Shown: one piece after another, positions 27,956 to 40,605 of the stretch
How the letters are laid out: every line of letters begins with the position of its first letter
Numbering within the stretch: position 1 is the stretch's first letter
DNA from: Tubulanus polymorphus
Taxonomy: Eukaryota > Animalia > Nemertea
Direction of reading: 5' to 3'
DNA: 64,000 nt
Assembly (NCBI RefSeq): GCF_964204645.1
Contig: NC_134025.1
Coordinates: 16,281,101 to 16,345,100, forward strand
Translations under genes and position numbers: made by a program
Notes under the pieces: model-generated
What the model saw: only the letters and a program-made list of their open reading frames with translations
Told to the model about the DNA's origin: nothing
The model's database searches: none

Positions 27956-29446
27956 TCTCCCACCCGTTCGCAAATGTATAGGGATTTTGAGAGATATCGC
28001 AGAAGGCACTCGTCGCTTGCACCTCGGTCTGGGTCTCATTCTCGCTCTCCCATAGCGCGTTCGGCACAGACGCAACAGCCGCTCTCGGAGTATGTGTCGT
28101 CGGTCCTAGAAGCTATTAAGCTTCAGATGTCTCAGTTCCAGGAGGAACTGCTCGCTCTACACTCCCAGGGTTCTGCGGTAGACCCTCCGGCTTACGAAGA
28201 GGAGGTCTCACCAGAGTTAGTGTTAGATGAGGATAATGATTTCCACGAAGAGCCTCCAGCCCCCAGCTTGCCCCTGGTATGGCGTCACGGCGCAGTCTCG
28301 GGTTCAGTCGAAGGAGAAGTTGCCACATCCTGAGTCCGACCCCTCTCGTAGTAAGAGGGCGGCCTCACCGACCCCTTCCATCACGACGGAAGTGTTAGCG
28401 GCCGGAGATATGCCTTTCTCGGACTTGATAAAAGACGTTTTCTCTAAGTACCAGGGTACCATACCCAAACCTAAGGTGGCACAACCCAGGGGTCTAGCCT
28501 CCCAGATCTTTCATCAACCGGAAGTCCCGTCGGCCGTTGTTCTCGCACAACATCCGGCCTATAAGGAGGAGTACCAGGACGCTCTCGATTTAGCGGTCTG
28601 GGGCGTCCCAAGGACGTCTCAAGAGCGGTCCTGGCCCCCTCTCGAGTCAGGAATCAAGGAATTAAAGTACTTTTCCTGCATGGATCCGCCCATAGCTGGG
28701 TTCAGACCAAGCTATTACGTGACCCCCGGTTCGTCTTTTAAGCCGAACAGTTCCATTGACGCCAATGCCTCCACTCTGGGTATCCCGGTTTCGCACCCGG
28801 CTCACTATTCCATGCCGAAGCAGGCCATGGCGGCCACGCAGTCGCTGGCCGAGAGTATAATCCAGATAGGCTCGTTTCAAGATATTGCTCTAGTAGCCAT
28901 GCACGGAGAGCTGGCGGCCGTTAAGGCACAGCTCGCCTCACCTAGCCCGGACTTGGATGCAGCGACCGACGCAGTAGCCACCCTGGACAGGCTGTTACGG
29001 TCTTCTGCAAAGGCGATTTGCCATCAGGTCCCGGTCGCAGTCAGGCTTCAGGCGAATCTAGCTCTGGTGGCATTCCTTATTAAAGGATATTAAGCTACCA
29101 GAACCGGTAAAACAAAATCTGTACAGAGCCCCGCTTGGGCTCTCTAGCCGTTTGTTTTTCCGGCTGGTGCGGCCTGGCCGCACAGCAGGCTCAGAAGCTC
29201 GAGGAGACCCAACCGAAATCGGCTCCTTTTCGTTTTCCGAAAAAGCAGGAATCAGCTCAGAAGTCTAACGCCTCTTCCAACGGTCAATCGATCGTAGCTA
29301 ACTGCTCCTCCCAGTATAAGCAATCCGGTTGGTCTGTTAATTCGGCTAATAATGCGTCGAATAACCAAAAGCCCGGTAAAAAGTTTATGGGCAAGGGCCC
29401 TAGTAAGGGTAAGCCCTTTCGGAAACAAGCAAAAGGGAACCAATGA
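27956..29446 (+). pseudogene. DIRS gag/ORF1, C-terminal part, frameshifted
   Basis: Overlapping ORFs 27857, 28227 and 29135 lie between the LINE tail and the RT and continue the Arg/Ser-rich gag. Confidence 0.65.
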
Positions 29447-29886
29447 AGGTTACTCTCCAGAGGGGGCGTGCCTTCGCCATGCCGCTTCCCGCTGGTACGC
29501 CTTTGGCGATACCTGGCAGACACGCACTGTCTCTGCCGGGTATCGCCTTCGTTTCCGAAGGAGACCTCCCTTAACGAGCTCTCCTCCAGACATGCACCCC
29601 AAAAGGGGTCAGGAGCAGCGCATTGCCCCGGCGATTCAAGAGCTAATAGAGAAAGGAGCTCTACATCGCATTCGGGGTCGTCCCCACAGGGTTTGGTATT
29701 CGAGGATTTTTACCGTTCCGAAGGCCTCGGGAGGTCTTCGGACGGTTATAGACCTCTCCATGTTAAACAAATACCTGGATTGCCCCAAGTTCAAAATGAC
29801 GACCCCCAAGGAGGTCATTCAGAGCTTGAAACCGGGGCAATGGGCTGCTTCGATCGATCTCAAGGACGCCTATTTTCAGGTACCCT
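29440..29886 (+). pseudogene. DIRS reverse transcriptase, N-terminal part only
   Basis: GYRLRF, YSRIFTVPKASGGLRTVIDLSMLN, FKM, SIDLKDAYFQVP; ends before the YxDD motif. Confidence 0.9.
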
Positions 29887-30655
29887 GTAGCTGATTTAGC
29901 CGATTTCTTTTTGTTCTTGTTCAAAGAGAAAGGTTTGCAGATGAGTACTATTAAGGGTTATCGCTCTGCATATCTCATACGCATCACGCCGCGGGTTTGC
30001 CATCGATAACATCGGACACTCGGATATCTAACCTGATTGCAGGTTTCTCGGTCGCTCGTCCGAAGGCGGTCAAACATGTCCCCCTGTGGGACCTCACCGT
30101 CGTGCTGAAATATTTGATGGCGGCTCCGTATGAGCCCTTAGACTCTTTGTCGTTTGCACGCCTTACCAAGAAGACGGCTTTTTTGTTATGTCTGGCCATG
30201 GCGGCTCATAGGTCCGAACTACATGCTTTGTCGGTACGTCCCTGTCATATCATTTACGGACCCCGTGACAGGACGGTCACTCTGCGCCCCAGTCTTTCAT
30301 TCTTAGCGAAGAACCAAAAAACCGGCCTCGGCGGGTCGGGAATGGAAGATCGAGGCTCTTACACACAGGGTGTCCGGCGAGTTCCCGGACGGTTTTTTAT
30401 GCCCGGTCAGGGCTTTGAAGGCGTTCGTAGCCCGGTCGGCCCCCTTCCGGAAAGGAAGGGAAAGATTATTTTTTGCCTTTGTTAGATAAGTCTGAGGCAG
30501 ATATTTCTCGAGACACAGTATCTCGTTGGATCGTGTCTCTGATCAAAGAAGCCCTCAGTCGGGAAGGGGCTCCTCCTTCTGAGGACGTTGTTTCACACCA
30601 GGTTTGTGCTCTGGCCACTTCCTGGGCGGTGTTTTCCGGTGGATCTCTTGATCAG
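29887..30655 (+). pseudogene. DIRS tyrosine recombinase, partial
   Basis: STIKGYRSA, WDLTVVL, KTAFLLCLA..RSELHAL, KN, TVSRWI, HQVCALATSWA; frameshifted and cut before the catalytic Tyr. Confidence 0.88.
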
Positions 30656-31335
30656 TTTCAACGCCCCCTGGTGGCCATATACAAAAACCAATGACCTTGA
30701 AACTCACCACAATCATAGAACAAGTTATGAGCTTCAAGTTTCTTATCGATTGTGGTAACAAAATACACTTAGGTATCAATATAATGTGGAAAAACTTTTT
30801 CCCACCTACGAATGAGTACTGATGACACCAAGATGGCCGCCATTTGCGTCATATTTGGCTGATCAAAAATACCTGTCTCAGGTATAAAGCATCCCTTTTC
30901 AAGGAATACCCATCACAAAATGCAATGAGAAATGGAAACCAGTAGGGAGCTACAGGACTCAGAATTTGGGCCAAAATTGACATTTTTGGGCACTAAAAAG
31001 GTCATAGGACGGTCATCTTGAGCCCAATCGACCCAATCTTTGTTATGCTGATGGGCCCTGGGTGGATTCACATACATCCGAAAGATCAAGGTAATTGATC
31101 AAAGCGTCTTCAAAATTTCCCTCAAAAAGTTCAAAAATTTGTAAAAAGTGTTGATTTTGGCGAACAACAATGGCTGCCAGTCGGCCATCTTGATTCTGAC
31201 AGGACCAGTTTTTGGGCTGAAGATGTGTCTAGGGTAGATACATGTGTAACCCAAATATCAAGACATTACATTGAACTTCTTCAAAACTTTCCAAAATAAC
31301 TGGATTCCTAAAAAGTCCCAAGTGGGCTAAAAAAA
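30656..31335 (-). mobile_element. Family A segment with terminus
   Basis: One repeat unit, an uninterrupted conserved block, and the aagtcccaagtgggctaaaaa end. Confidence 0.75.
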
Positions 31336-31834
31336 GATTTTTTTTTCTTAATAAATCTGATGAAAACACAACCAGATGGCAGGATTTCAGAGGGGATCCA
31401 TGGTCCAAGTCAATTGACATCTCCGTGAAAAGCGCTATACATGCAGTAGGCTAATCCCACACAACTGAATGATGATTCATCATGAATATACATGGGTTTT
31501 CCCCAATGACTCAAATGGACACCTAGCCTACTGTACAACATGTATCCAAGGATAAAATAAGAAATCAATACGATTTAGGCTATATACCATGCATTAGACA
31601 TCGTCACGCTGTTATCAAAATTTCCATGATTACAAATAAAAATCATTAATCTACAGATTTGCAACATTTTTCGAAATTCAAGGCCCTAAAATCAATTTTC
31701 AAGACTTAAGTGCTGAATTCAAGGCTTTTCAAGGCCTTGAAATTTAATTTTGACAATTCAGACTGTTCAAGGATTTCAGGGCCCGCTACAAACCCTGTTC
31801 AAAACTTCCCAAATTAAGTGGACTGGAAACACAT

Positions 31835-33488
31835 TTATTCTTGATTGTCCACGATCTTTTTGGGATATTTCGCTTAATTTTGGGTGTGCATACCTCAAAT
31901 AAGTCTTAATCGAATCAGTAGGATTGTGCACTCCAGATAAATCATTGTTTTTATGTCCATTTTGTACCGAGTTGAAGGATTGATGAATATTCTCGAAAAT
32001 TGAGCTTTATATCGGCAAGAAAGACCGCCATTTTGTTCCAATTTGTTCACTTCTTTATGCTTACGAGCAGTGTGTACTACGTGATCTGGGTAAGTTTATT
32101 TTTTATGGGGATAGTACATTGCTCGCACGTGTTTCACTACCCGGGCACGGCCGCAATGGTTGGGCTATCATAGGCCTAAATCATTTCCAATCCGCATTGT
32201 TTTGATAGCTTTGACAAGGAGCTGTATATTTACTTAACAGCTTTCTAGGGTAATATTGTGAGTCGTTGATTGACTCTTGGCGACAAGAAGCTGCTTCATC
32301 CATGATATAATTGACGCATCCTCGCCTCATTGCTTAGGTGCGCAATGGCTCATTTGCATGAAGAAATAAGCAAACCCGAACAAAATGGCGGTCTTTCTCA
32401 CCGATTCAAAGCTCAATTTTCGAGAATATTCATCAGTCCTTCAAAACAATGTAAAATGGATATAAAAACGATATGATTAATCTGGACTGCACAACACTGC
32501 TGATTCTATTAAGACCTATCTCAGTCAGTAACCTGTCTGTGGTTTAGTTTCACGATTGGATATTTTCACAAACCACAGTCAGGAGTGGGAAGGTCATTTT
32601 TGTAGGCCTATGCAATCTTCGTCAGCCAATTTGACTGACGAGTAATTTGCCTGGCATTTCATTGTCTCTTAAGATATCCGTCTAATTTCTGTTGTAATCA
32701 ACGCACAACAGATTCGTTGTTTGTTTGATACCTAGGCCTATAACACCTCACCTGACGATCTTAATCCATGAGCAAATCCGCCGTAAAGTGAGAGTAAATT
32801 TCCGTCAATTCAACGGCGGCCATTTTGAAAACTTGTGGAGGGTGCTGGGACCTGTGAACTGAGGCCAGGACAACAGCACAAACTAACAAAACGAAACGAC
32901 GAAATTGAAAAAATTAAGAAATCAACAATTATTCACATTTTTCTTCATCCAGAATTTTTTAGCCTAGGCCCTACTTTATTATTTATCATGAGAGCACGAA
33001 GTTTTGAAATATATGTTGGAAAACCATCGAAAATAAAAAATGTCGTTTCGTCTTGGAAGTTTTATATAAATCCTAGTAGGTCACCTTGTCTATCATGCCA
33101 CATGTATGCAATACAGAGAAATGGCGGCCAATGGCGGTATTTGTGGAGAAATTAATTAATTTCTCAAAATAATGTTGATTAATCACTCGAAACATAGGCT
33201 ACATAAAATTGGATTATTTCGAAAGGTACCTGTGTCAGTTTGTGAATTAAGGCAAGCCATTAATTGTGGACTGAAATGAATCGAAAGTATATTTTTGAAG
33301 TGTTACTGTTGTTACTTTTTTCAACCGTGTTTTGGCCCTTGTCATCCCTAACGACAACGTTGGTATAGCCCATCCGATTATAAAAAGCTTACCACCAACG
33401 ATTAGGTAACTAACTAGACCTATCTGAGGTTCGCACACCCAAAACTAAGCAAAATATCCCATTAAGATCGTAGACAATCAATAATAAA
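31835..33488. mobile_element. Foldback MITE with ~200-bp inverted arms; right arm interrupted
   Basis: 31835-31910 pairs with 33417-33488; 31900-32040 pairs with 32378-32521. Confidence 0.7.
32522..33416. mobile_element. Non-autonomous DNA transposon with 9-bp TSD (Mutator-like by TSD length)
   Basis: TSD GACCTATCT at 32513-32521 and 33417-33425; imperfect TIRs cagtcagtaacct / aggtaactaacta. Confidence 0.7.
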
Positions 33489-33685
33489 TAGGGCCTATAC
33501 TTTAGACCTTTTAGTGATGTTTATAGTTTTAGTACCTAGCCGTTGTTCCTCAAACCACAGGGACTTGTCACAATTGATAGTGAATGAATAAAACCAACAT
33601 CAAAGACCAGATCCACTATCCCTGTATAATAAAAAAACTTAGGCCTATTTTATTATACAGTTGCAGGGATACATACTGGTACCCC

Positions 33686-34380
33686 TAATGTCTATTTCAA
33701 CCTGACATGAGAGCATTCCGGGTGGCCTAGCTCGCTCATTTTTGGTAGTACATAGGCCTACCTGATAAAGGTCTTAATAGGACCAGAAAGGACAGGCAGT
33801 CGACCTAAATCATCATTTTTTAATCCATTTGAAACTGTATTGAAGGATATCCAAAAAGTCTTCACTGAAAGGGGTTAAATGAAGAGAAGTGACTCCTGAT
33901 TTGAAAGTTTAACAATATGTTTCCATACCTACATATCAAATTTCAGTTGGTAGGCATGGAGACATATTGTTAAACTTTCAAATCATGGAGTCTTTTCTCT
34001 CAGGAACACCTCTCAATGCAGATTTTTTGGATATCCTTCAATACAGTTTCAAATGGATTAAATAATGATGATTTAGGTCGACTGCCAATGCATTCTGGTC
34101 CTAATAAGACTTTAATCAGGTATGTACCACCACAACTGACTGAGCTAGGCCACCCTGGCCTGTATGCTCTCAACAAGTCAGGTTGAAATAGACATTAATG
34201 TCTATTTCAACCTGACTTGAGAGCATTCCTGGTGGCCTAGCTCAGTCAGTTTTGGTCATACATACCTGATAGAAGTCTTATTAGGAACAGAATGCACTGG
34301 CAGCTGACCTAAAATATCGTTTTTTAATCCACTTTAAACTGTATCGAAGGATATCTAAAAAATCTGCATTGAGAGGTGTT
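33686..34380. mobile_element. Foldback MITE (33686-34197) plus an abutting partial second copy (34196-34380)
   Basis: taatgtctatttcaacctgac...gtcaggttgaaatagacatta, palindromic over nearly its whole length. Confidence 0.8.
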
Positions 34381-34399
34381 GTTACGGTTGTAGGTAGTG

Positions 34400-34943
34400 T
34401 AATGTCTATTTATTAATTGATGAGACCTGTTTTTCTGGGATATTTTGTTTACTTTTTGGGGTACATACCTCATTTATGTCTTAACAGAATGCCAAAAATC
34501 GCGGACAACAACTGAATATCCCATATATTTCCAGTTCTGTACCAATTAGATGGATTGACAAAAAGACCTTAAGTCCAGTTGAATGAGAGAGAAAATCCTC
34601 CATTTTGTCAAATTTCTTGGATTTGAACATTGTTACCATGCCTACGCCACCCTGATTTAGTTGTTGAGACCCCACAAGAAAAATAACTTCATTTCGTAGG
34701 CATGGTGACAATGTAAAAATTCAAGAAATTTCACAAAATGGAGGATTTTCTCTCTCATTCAATTGGCCTTAAGGAGTCTTTTTGCCAATCCATCTAATTG
34801 GTACAGAACTGGAAATATATCGGATATTCAGTTGTTGTCCGCGATTTTTGGCATTCTGTAAAGACATAAATGAGGTATGTACCCCAAAAAGTAAGCAAAA
34901 TATCCAAGAAAAACAGGTCTCATCCATTAATAAATAGACATTA
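34400..34943. mobile_element. Foldback MITE
   Basis: taatgtctatttatta...taataaatagacatta with ~220-bp near-perfect arms. Confidence 0.8.
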
Positions 34944-35389
34944 GTAGGGGAACCCGTAACATCAACGGACTGGTATTCAAACTGCAGTTAGGTTTACCTA
35001 TGAAGACTAATCACGGTACGGTACGTAGGATAATTGCTGCGCACCCACCTGCTAGCTCGTTTTGTACCGGTTCAAACTTTCAATTTTTACGCGTGCAGCC
35101 TAAAGCCGTTCCCACTGGGCATGGGAGAAGTGTGTGTTCCGAAGAGCCGTAGGCCTATAAGGGTCACGAACAAATCAATGGACAACGCACCGGACAATTC
35201 GGGACAATGCAGCGGACGATTCAGCATAAAAAGCAGTTCCAGGTATTCACCTCTTCGCGTTGTTAGTGCACTAAGATCACCTTGTTTTCATTTCCCGGAA
35301 TACATTTATGTTTTATAAAACACGGAATGGAATCGTTAATCCTGGAATCTTAAGTTAAGATCTGTAACGTTTCGTAAAATAAAAACCTG

Positions 35390-35497
35390 GACCCAGTTCC
35401 ACAGTTGTGAGTTAAAGTTGACTCTGAGTTAAAGTTAGTTCATTTTCAATGAGTTAACTCAGGGTCAAATCTTAACGCAGAACTGTGGAACTGGACC
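35390..35497. mobile_element. Short palindromic MITE with CTG TSD (PIF/Harbinger-like)
   Basis: ccagttccacag / ctgtggaactgg arms; CTG on both flanks. Confidence 0.6.
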
Positions 35498-35514
35498 CTG
35501 GAATTGCATTTCCA

Positions 35515-37085
35515 TGACATTATGAGTTTTCCGGTTTGCTCGGCTACCCGTTGGCGGGGTAGTCTAGAGAGGTAATGAAAACTCCGGTTTGCTGAACTAT
35601 ACCCCTCTTTGCGGGGATGCGGTATGATGTTCAATCTGACAGTTTCAAGTGGTTAATGGCTGTTTCAAGTGCTTATAACGATGCTTATTACTTCGTGGTA
35701 CATGGTGGTTTAAAAAAAGATTTCATAATAATACGCTCAAAGTATAGGCCTACCGCGTGGGCTTCGTAGAAGGTACCTGTGACCTTCCCAATTTTTAATT
35801 CTCCTGTCCGATTTTGTTTCATCCAATTCAGAGACTGCCTTTCCAGTTAGGGCATTTAATTGGATCACATCTCAGGATTGAATGCTTTTGGGCCCCTTCG
35901 TCGGTTCCGCATGTTTCATTTGAGCTAGGCCTAGACCACAATGGTGACACCATGATGGTCAGTAACTGACCAATTGAGATATCCCCGAGTCTGAACACTT
36001 AGACTTCGAATTTCGGATATGTATCATGTAATGTTTGTTTTCAAACTACTAAGGAATCATCATTGCAAATTCATCACTGACCACCACTGACCAATTCAAA
36101 CTTCTCGAATATGAAAACGATATACCGCGTTATGGTGTCAAACTAGAAAGGATTCGCCATTGAAAATTCATAAATTGACCATCACTGACCACCACTGACC
36201 AATTGAAACTTCTTGAAAGAACGATACACCGGTACCGCATTTGGTGAAACTAGAAAGGATTCGCCATTGAAAATTCATAAATTGACCAGCACTGACCAAT
36301 TTAAACTTCTCGAATATCGTGGTTGAACTCGAAAAGTGCGTCGTCGTAGTATTGTTATTTCTAGAGACCAGCAGTATGTTTTGCTACTGCTTTTGAATGG
36401 CGTTGACATGATGGAAATATATTACCCCTAAATAGGTTACACATCTGGATCACAGCACCTCACTTGCCACAGTGCGTTATTTTCACTGCATAGTAATGCT
36501 AATAAATAAACTTCCAAAAAAAAAATATAACAAATAAACTTTTTTACTACTTGACTCGAAATCTGAACAGTACTGCGTATGAAAACTCAACGAATAGAAC
36601 ATGTTTGCGGGAAGCGCCTACAAATAAGTTATAATAAGATTAATCGATGCTTGAAAAACAATTACCCGTAAATCACAAGGTGACTAACACCCGTCTTTTG
36701 AACCAATCTGCGCGATACCAATTAATTAAATCATTAAACGCATTGGGTTCCTAATATTTGAAATCATTTGATACAATAGTTGTTCTTTAGACTTGGCCAC
36801 TTTCATTTCAGAAAACCGCGAACACAGACCAGTGGTCACCAAGGCATTAACCATTCCTTCAAGTTTTGAAAATTCGATGGTAACGCGGATTTTTCGCCTC
36901 TAAAGACCTTTTTTTTTTCTTTATATAAAAAGTGTTCAAAGGAATATCAGTTAGGCCTATATCAGTCACAGCTGTAACCCTTTTTCATTGTCAGTTCTTT
37001 TTGGAATTCAAGTAGATTAGTGAAAATATCAATGATGAAGTTCACTTATTATATCAAGTACCGTTTTTACTGTCGTATGCGAGCC
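35515..37085 (+). repeat. Left copy of a long non-coding repeat, inverted partner of 46720-48418
   Basis: Starts tgacattatgagttttccgg. Collinear reverse-complement match including the internal actgacca repeats. Confidence 0.9.
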
Positions 37086-37450
37086 CCCTATTTCACACGA
37101 ATTGGACAACTTTTCGAAACAAAAAGATCTATCCAACTGCATATCTTCGGGTAGCCTATAAACTGTGATATCCTTCAGTAAGTTATGAATATCTTTAAAA
37201 ATTTGTGTTCTAGTGTAATACCCGAAGGTTTAACTATCGGACACATAAAAGATTCACCATAGTCAAAGTTTTTAAGAAAAATCTTCCTTCGAGAAAGAAA
37301 GATGAAAATCTTTCTTCGAGAAAGAAAGATCTTTAAAAGAACGATTGGCGTCAAACTAATCCACAATGGACTGTTGTGAATTTATTGAATAATCCACCTG
37401 AGAAATTTAAAGATTTCGAAGCGAAATTTATTCATATAAATCAAAAATGC

Positions 37451-37592
37451 ATGAATAACTTGACAGTAATAGGGAATATGGGGGTTCACGCCAAAGGTCG
37501 AAAGGTCGAAAAATAAGTTCTCGCATACTCGAATTTATTTTTCGACCTTTAACCTGAACCCCCATATTCCCTATTACTCTTAAGATATTCAT
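37451..37592. repeat. ~140-bp hairpin upstream of pPolB
   Basis: agtaatagggaatatgggggttca pairs with tgaacccccatattccctattact; inner aaaggtcgaaaaataa pairs with ttatttttcgaccttt. Confidence 0.8.
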
Positions 37593-38248
37593 ATACATGT
37601 ATATGAATATGAATAACTTCTAAAATCAATTTTGATAAAAAATTGGATATTAAAATGGAAGCAAATAAGAAGTACTACTGTCAAACATGTAAAATCAATA
37701 TGAATAAATCTCAAAAAGCAAGACATAATAAAACTAAATCTCACTTAGAAAATAGATTAAACATAGAATATAAAGATGATATATTAGAAAATGAATTAGA
37801 GGAATTGAAGAATGAAAAAGAAACATACAAATGTGATACATGTAATCAATCATTCAGTAATAAAAGATATTATAAAGAACATTTAAAATCTAAAGATCAT
37901 ATTAGAAATATCAATAATGATATTTTAGGTGAAGATTATTTTGATAAAGATAATGATAAGAAACAGAAGACAATTAAAAGAATAAAAATTAAAATAAACA
38001 ATATAAGGCAATACATGGAAGATGTAAGAAATCATATTAATTCATTAGATAATAAAAAAGATATTGAAATAACCGTAGCATTCAAAAGTGATATTGGACC
38101 AGCTGCTATTGAGTTTAAATTTCATAAAGGCAAAACATTAGAAGAAAATAAAAACATTTAGAAAATATGAAAAGTATTATGAAAATAATTACTGATGTTG
38201 AATACCCTAAAATTAGTATATCGGCTAAAATTAAATTTATAAAATCTG

Positions 38249-38386
38249 GGGCCAGTTGCACAGTCATGACTTAAGTCCAAAAGTGGTCTTAAATCTTAAG
38301 ACTGGTCTTAAGTTGTTAGATTGGCTATAGAACTAAGTTGGTCTTAGACTGGTATTAAGTCTAAGCCACGACTATGCAACCGGCCC
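38249..38386. mobile_element. Short MITE with CWG TSD inside pPolB
   Basis: gggccagttgcacag / ctatgcaaccggccc arms, ctg and cag flanks, internal cttaag repeats. Confidence 0.7.
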
Positions 38387-39621
38387 CAGAAGATAAACCA
38401 ATATATGATATAAATTCTCATTCACAACATATTATTTCAAAACAACATATAGATGAAAAATTAGATAAATGTTATAATGAAGTAAAAACTAAAATAGAAG
38501 AGAAATATTTTGAAGGATCAGGTTTAATAGATGAAATAATATTTATGACTTTACATTTAAAACTAATGCTGTTATCAATGTACAAAATGAAGATAATAAA
38601 TGTTTTTTATGGTCAATTATTAGTTGTTTACATCCAGTTGAAGATTATAATCAACATACTTATAGATTAACACATTATAAACAATTTGAAAGTAATTATA
38701 AAATAGATGATTTTCCTGTTAAAATTAAACAATTCCAAAAATAAAAAAAGATAATAATATAAAAATAAATTTATTCGATTTAATCAAATTACCAAATACA
38801 AAAGGTAACAATATAAAACATTATACATTAGAACCTTTGTATTTATCAAAATATTATGATTCAAATGGTTTTATAGATATATTATATTATGAAAATCATT
38901 ATATGTGGATAAAACAAATCGATTTTATTTTTTGAGAACAGAAAATGATCACCATAAAATATATCTATGTAGAAAATGAATAACTAAATTCATTAATGAA
39001 AGTGCACTATTAAATCATAAACAATTATGTGATAATCATGATTATTGTAAAATGATTTTACCAAATGAAAAAGATAAGATATTAGAATTCAAAAAATATG
39101 ATTACAAAATTAAAGTACAATTTGTAATATATGGAGATTCTGAATCATTAAACAAAGAACTAACTGACCAAGATAGAAAAGAAATATATTATAAAAGAAA
39201 GAAAGTAAATTCTAATGAAAATGATGTAATTGATTATTCAGATCATCTAATAACAAATACAATTAAAAAGATTCATCAATCAGCTGCAGCTTTCGGGTTA
39301 TATATTAAATCTGATTATCCAGAACTAATTGAAAGTGAATATTATCATTATAGAAATGAAAATGTTATTAATCATTTTTGTGACTTATTAGTTGAATATG
39401 AAATGAAATTTTATGAAAAGTTAAATGAAAATAAAGAAATTATAATGACAGAAGATAAAGAAGAATTCGAGTTTTCAGATAAATGTTTTTATTGTGAAAA
39501 GATATTTAATTTTAAAGATAAAAAAGTAAGAGACCATGACCATTTGAATGGAAAGTTTAGAGGTGCAGCTCATGAGAATTGTAACTTACAAGCTAAAAAA
39601 ATTAACTTTGTTCCAGTTATA

Positions 39622-40605
39622 CAGGGTGTCCTATTAATTAATATACATAAAGAACTGCCTGTCATTTTCAAACCACTTGAGATAAATCAGCCAAATCTTC
39701 AGGAGAGATGGACTACAATAATACTTTTCACCACAAAAATTACTTAACTAAAATCAAATTAGTTTACAAAATATGCTGGATCGGAGAACCTTTCAATTTT
39801 ATCACATGATTCAGTCTATTGTTGAAATTTCTCAGTACATTGACAATCATCTGTGTTATTGCAGTTTGGCTTGTTTTGGTACACTGTGTCCTTCAGCTAG
39901 CCCCACAAGTATCCAGTGGATTTAAGTCAGGCGAGTATGGGGCCCAGTCGTTTACAGTTTGGAGCGCTGAGATTCTGTCACCGAAATGCCTATGCAGAAC
40001 ATCAATTGTTTTGTGTGCTGAAAGACATTGCACACCATTCTGTCGGGACCACACAGGATTGAGACATCCTCTAGACATCTACGAATTTTGTAATGGAGTA
40101 CTGAATCAGCATCTTATGATAGCTGGCTCCATTCATAGTCAGCATTTCCTTTTTTGTCAAAAAGGTATGGCCCGATTATAGGCCCACTGGATGACCTACT
40201 GTATGGCAAATCCAAAGATCACACCTCGTAGACAACACACAGCTCACTTGATGACATTGATAAAGTGGCTTCTCTGCAATCAAATAGGGATTCTTGACAC
40301 CAAAATCTATGGTTCAGACAGACAGAAAGATTTGGTTTCCTAAAACCAGCATACCATCTAGGCTTTTTGTTTCAGAGACATAGATATGATTTAACAGTAA
40401 TCTATTCTTAATCAGAATTATACAAAATCACTACAACAATGTAATCAGTTGCTAGGAAATCACTAAGCAAATTACCATAGCAACCACGATAATAATCAAA
40501 AAGTACTGTTACATTCTATCATTTGGTGGAAAATCGAAACATTTCATTAAGAAATGTGGAGGATACAGGCAGTTCTTTATGTATAGTAATAAATGGGACA
40601 CCCTG
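39622..40605 (-). mobile_element. Tc1/mariner element, DD41D (rosa-like), decayed
   Basis: TA TSD, ~40-bp TIRs cagggtgtcc...aaagaactgcctgt. Remnant QNG...WAPYSPDLNPLD has 41 residues between the last two catalytic positions. Confidence 0.85.

Larger units (their letters stand above)
19858..30655 (+). mobile_element. DIRS tyrosine-recombinase retroelement, interrupted, internally deleted and 3'-truncated
   Basis: GC-richer segments 19858-21157 and 27956-30655 carry gag, RT and YR in DIRS order. The left boundary (ttccc) is approximate. Confidence 0.85.
16256..31797. mobile_element. CAG...CTG DNA transposon derivative with 5-bp TSD (hAT5-like by inference), inflated by nested insertions
   Basis: TSD TTCAA at 16251-16255 and 31798-31802. 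Right end gctacaaaccctg. ttcaaggc subterminal repeats at both 17285-17330 and 31675-31775. Confidence 0.6.
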
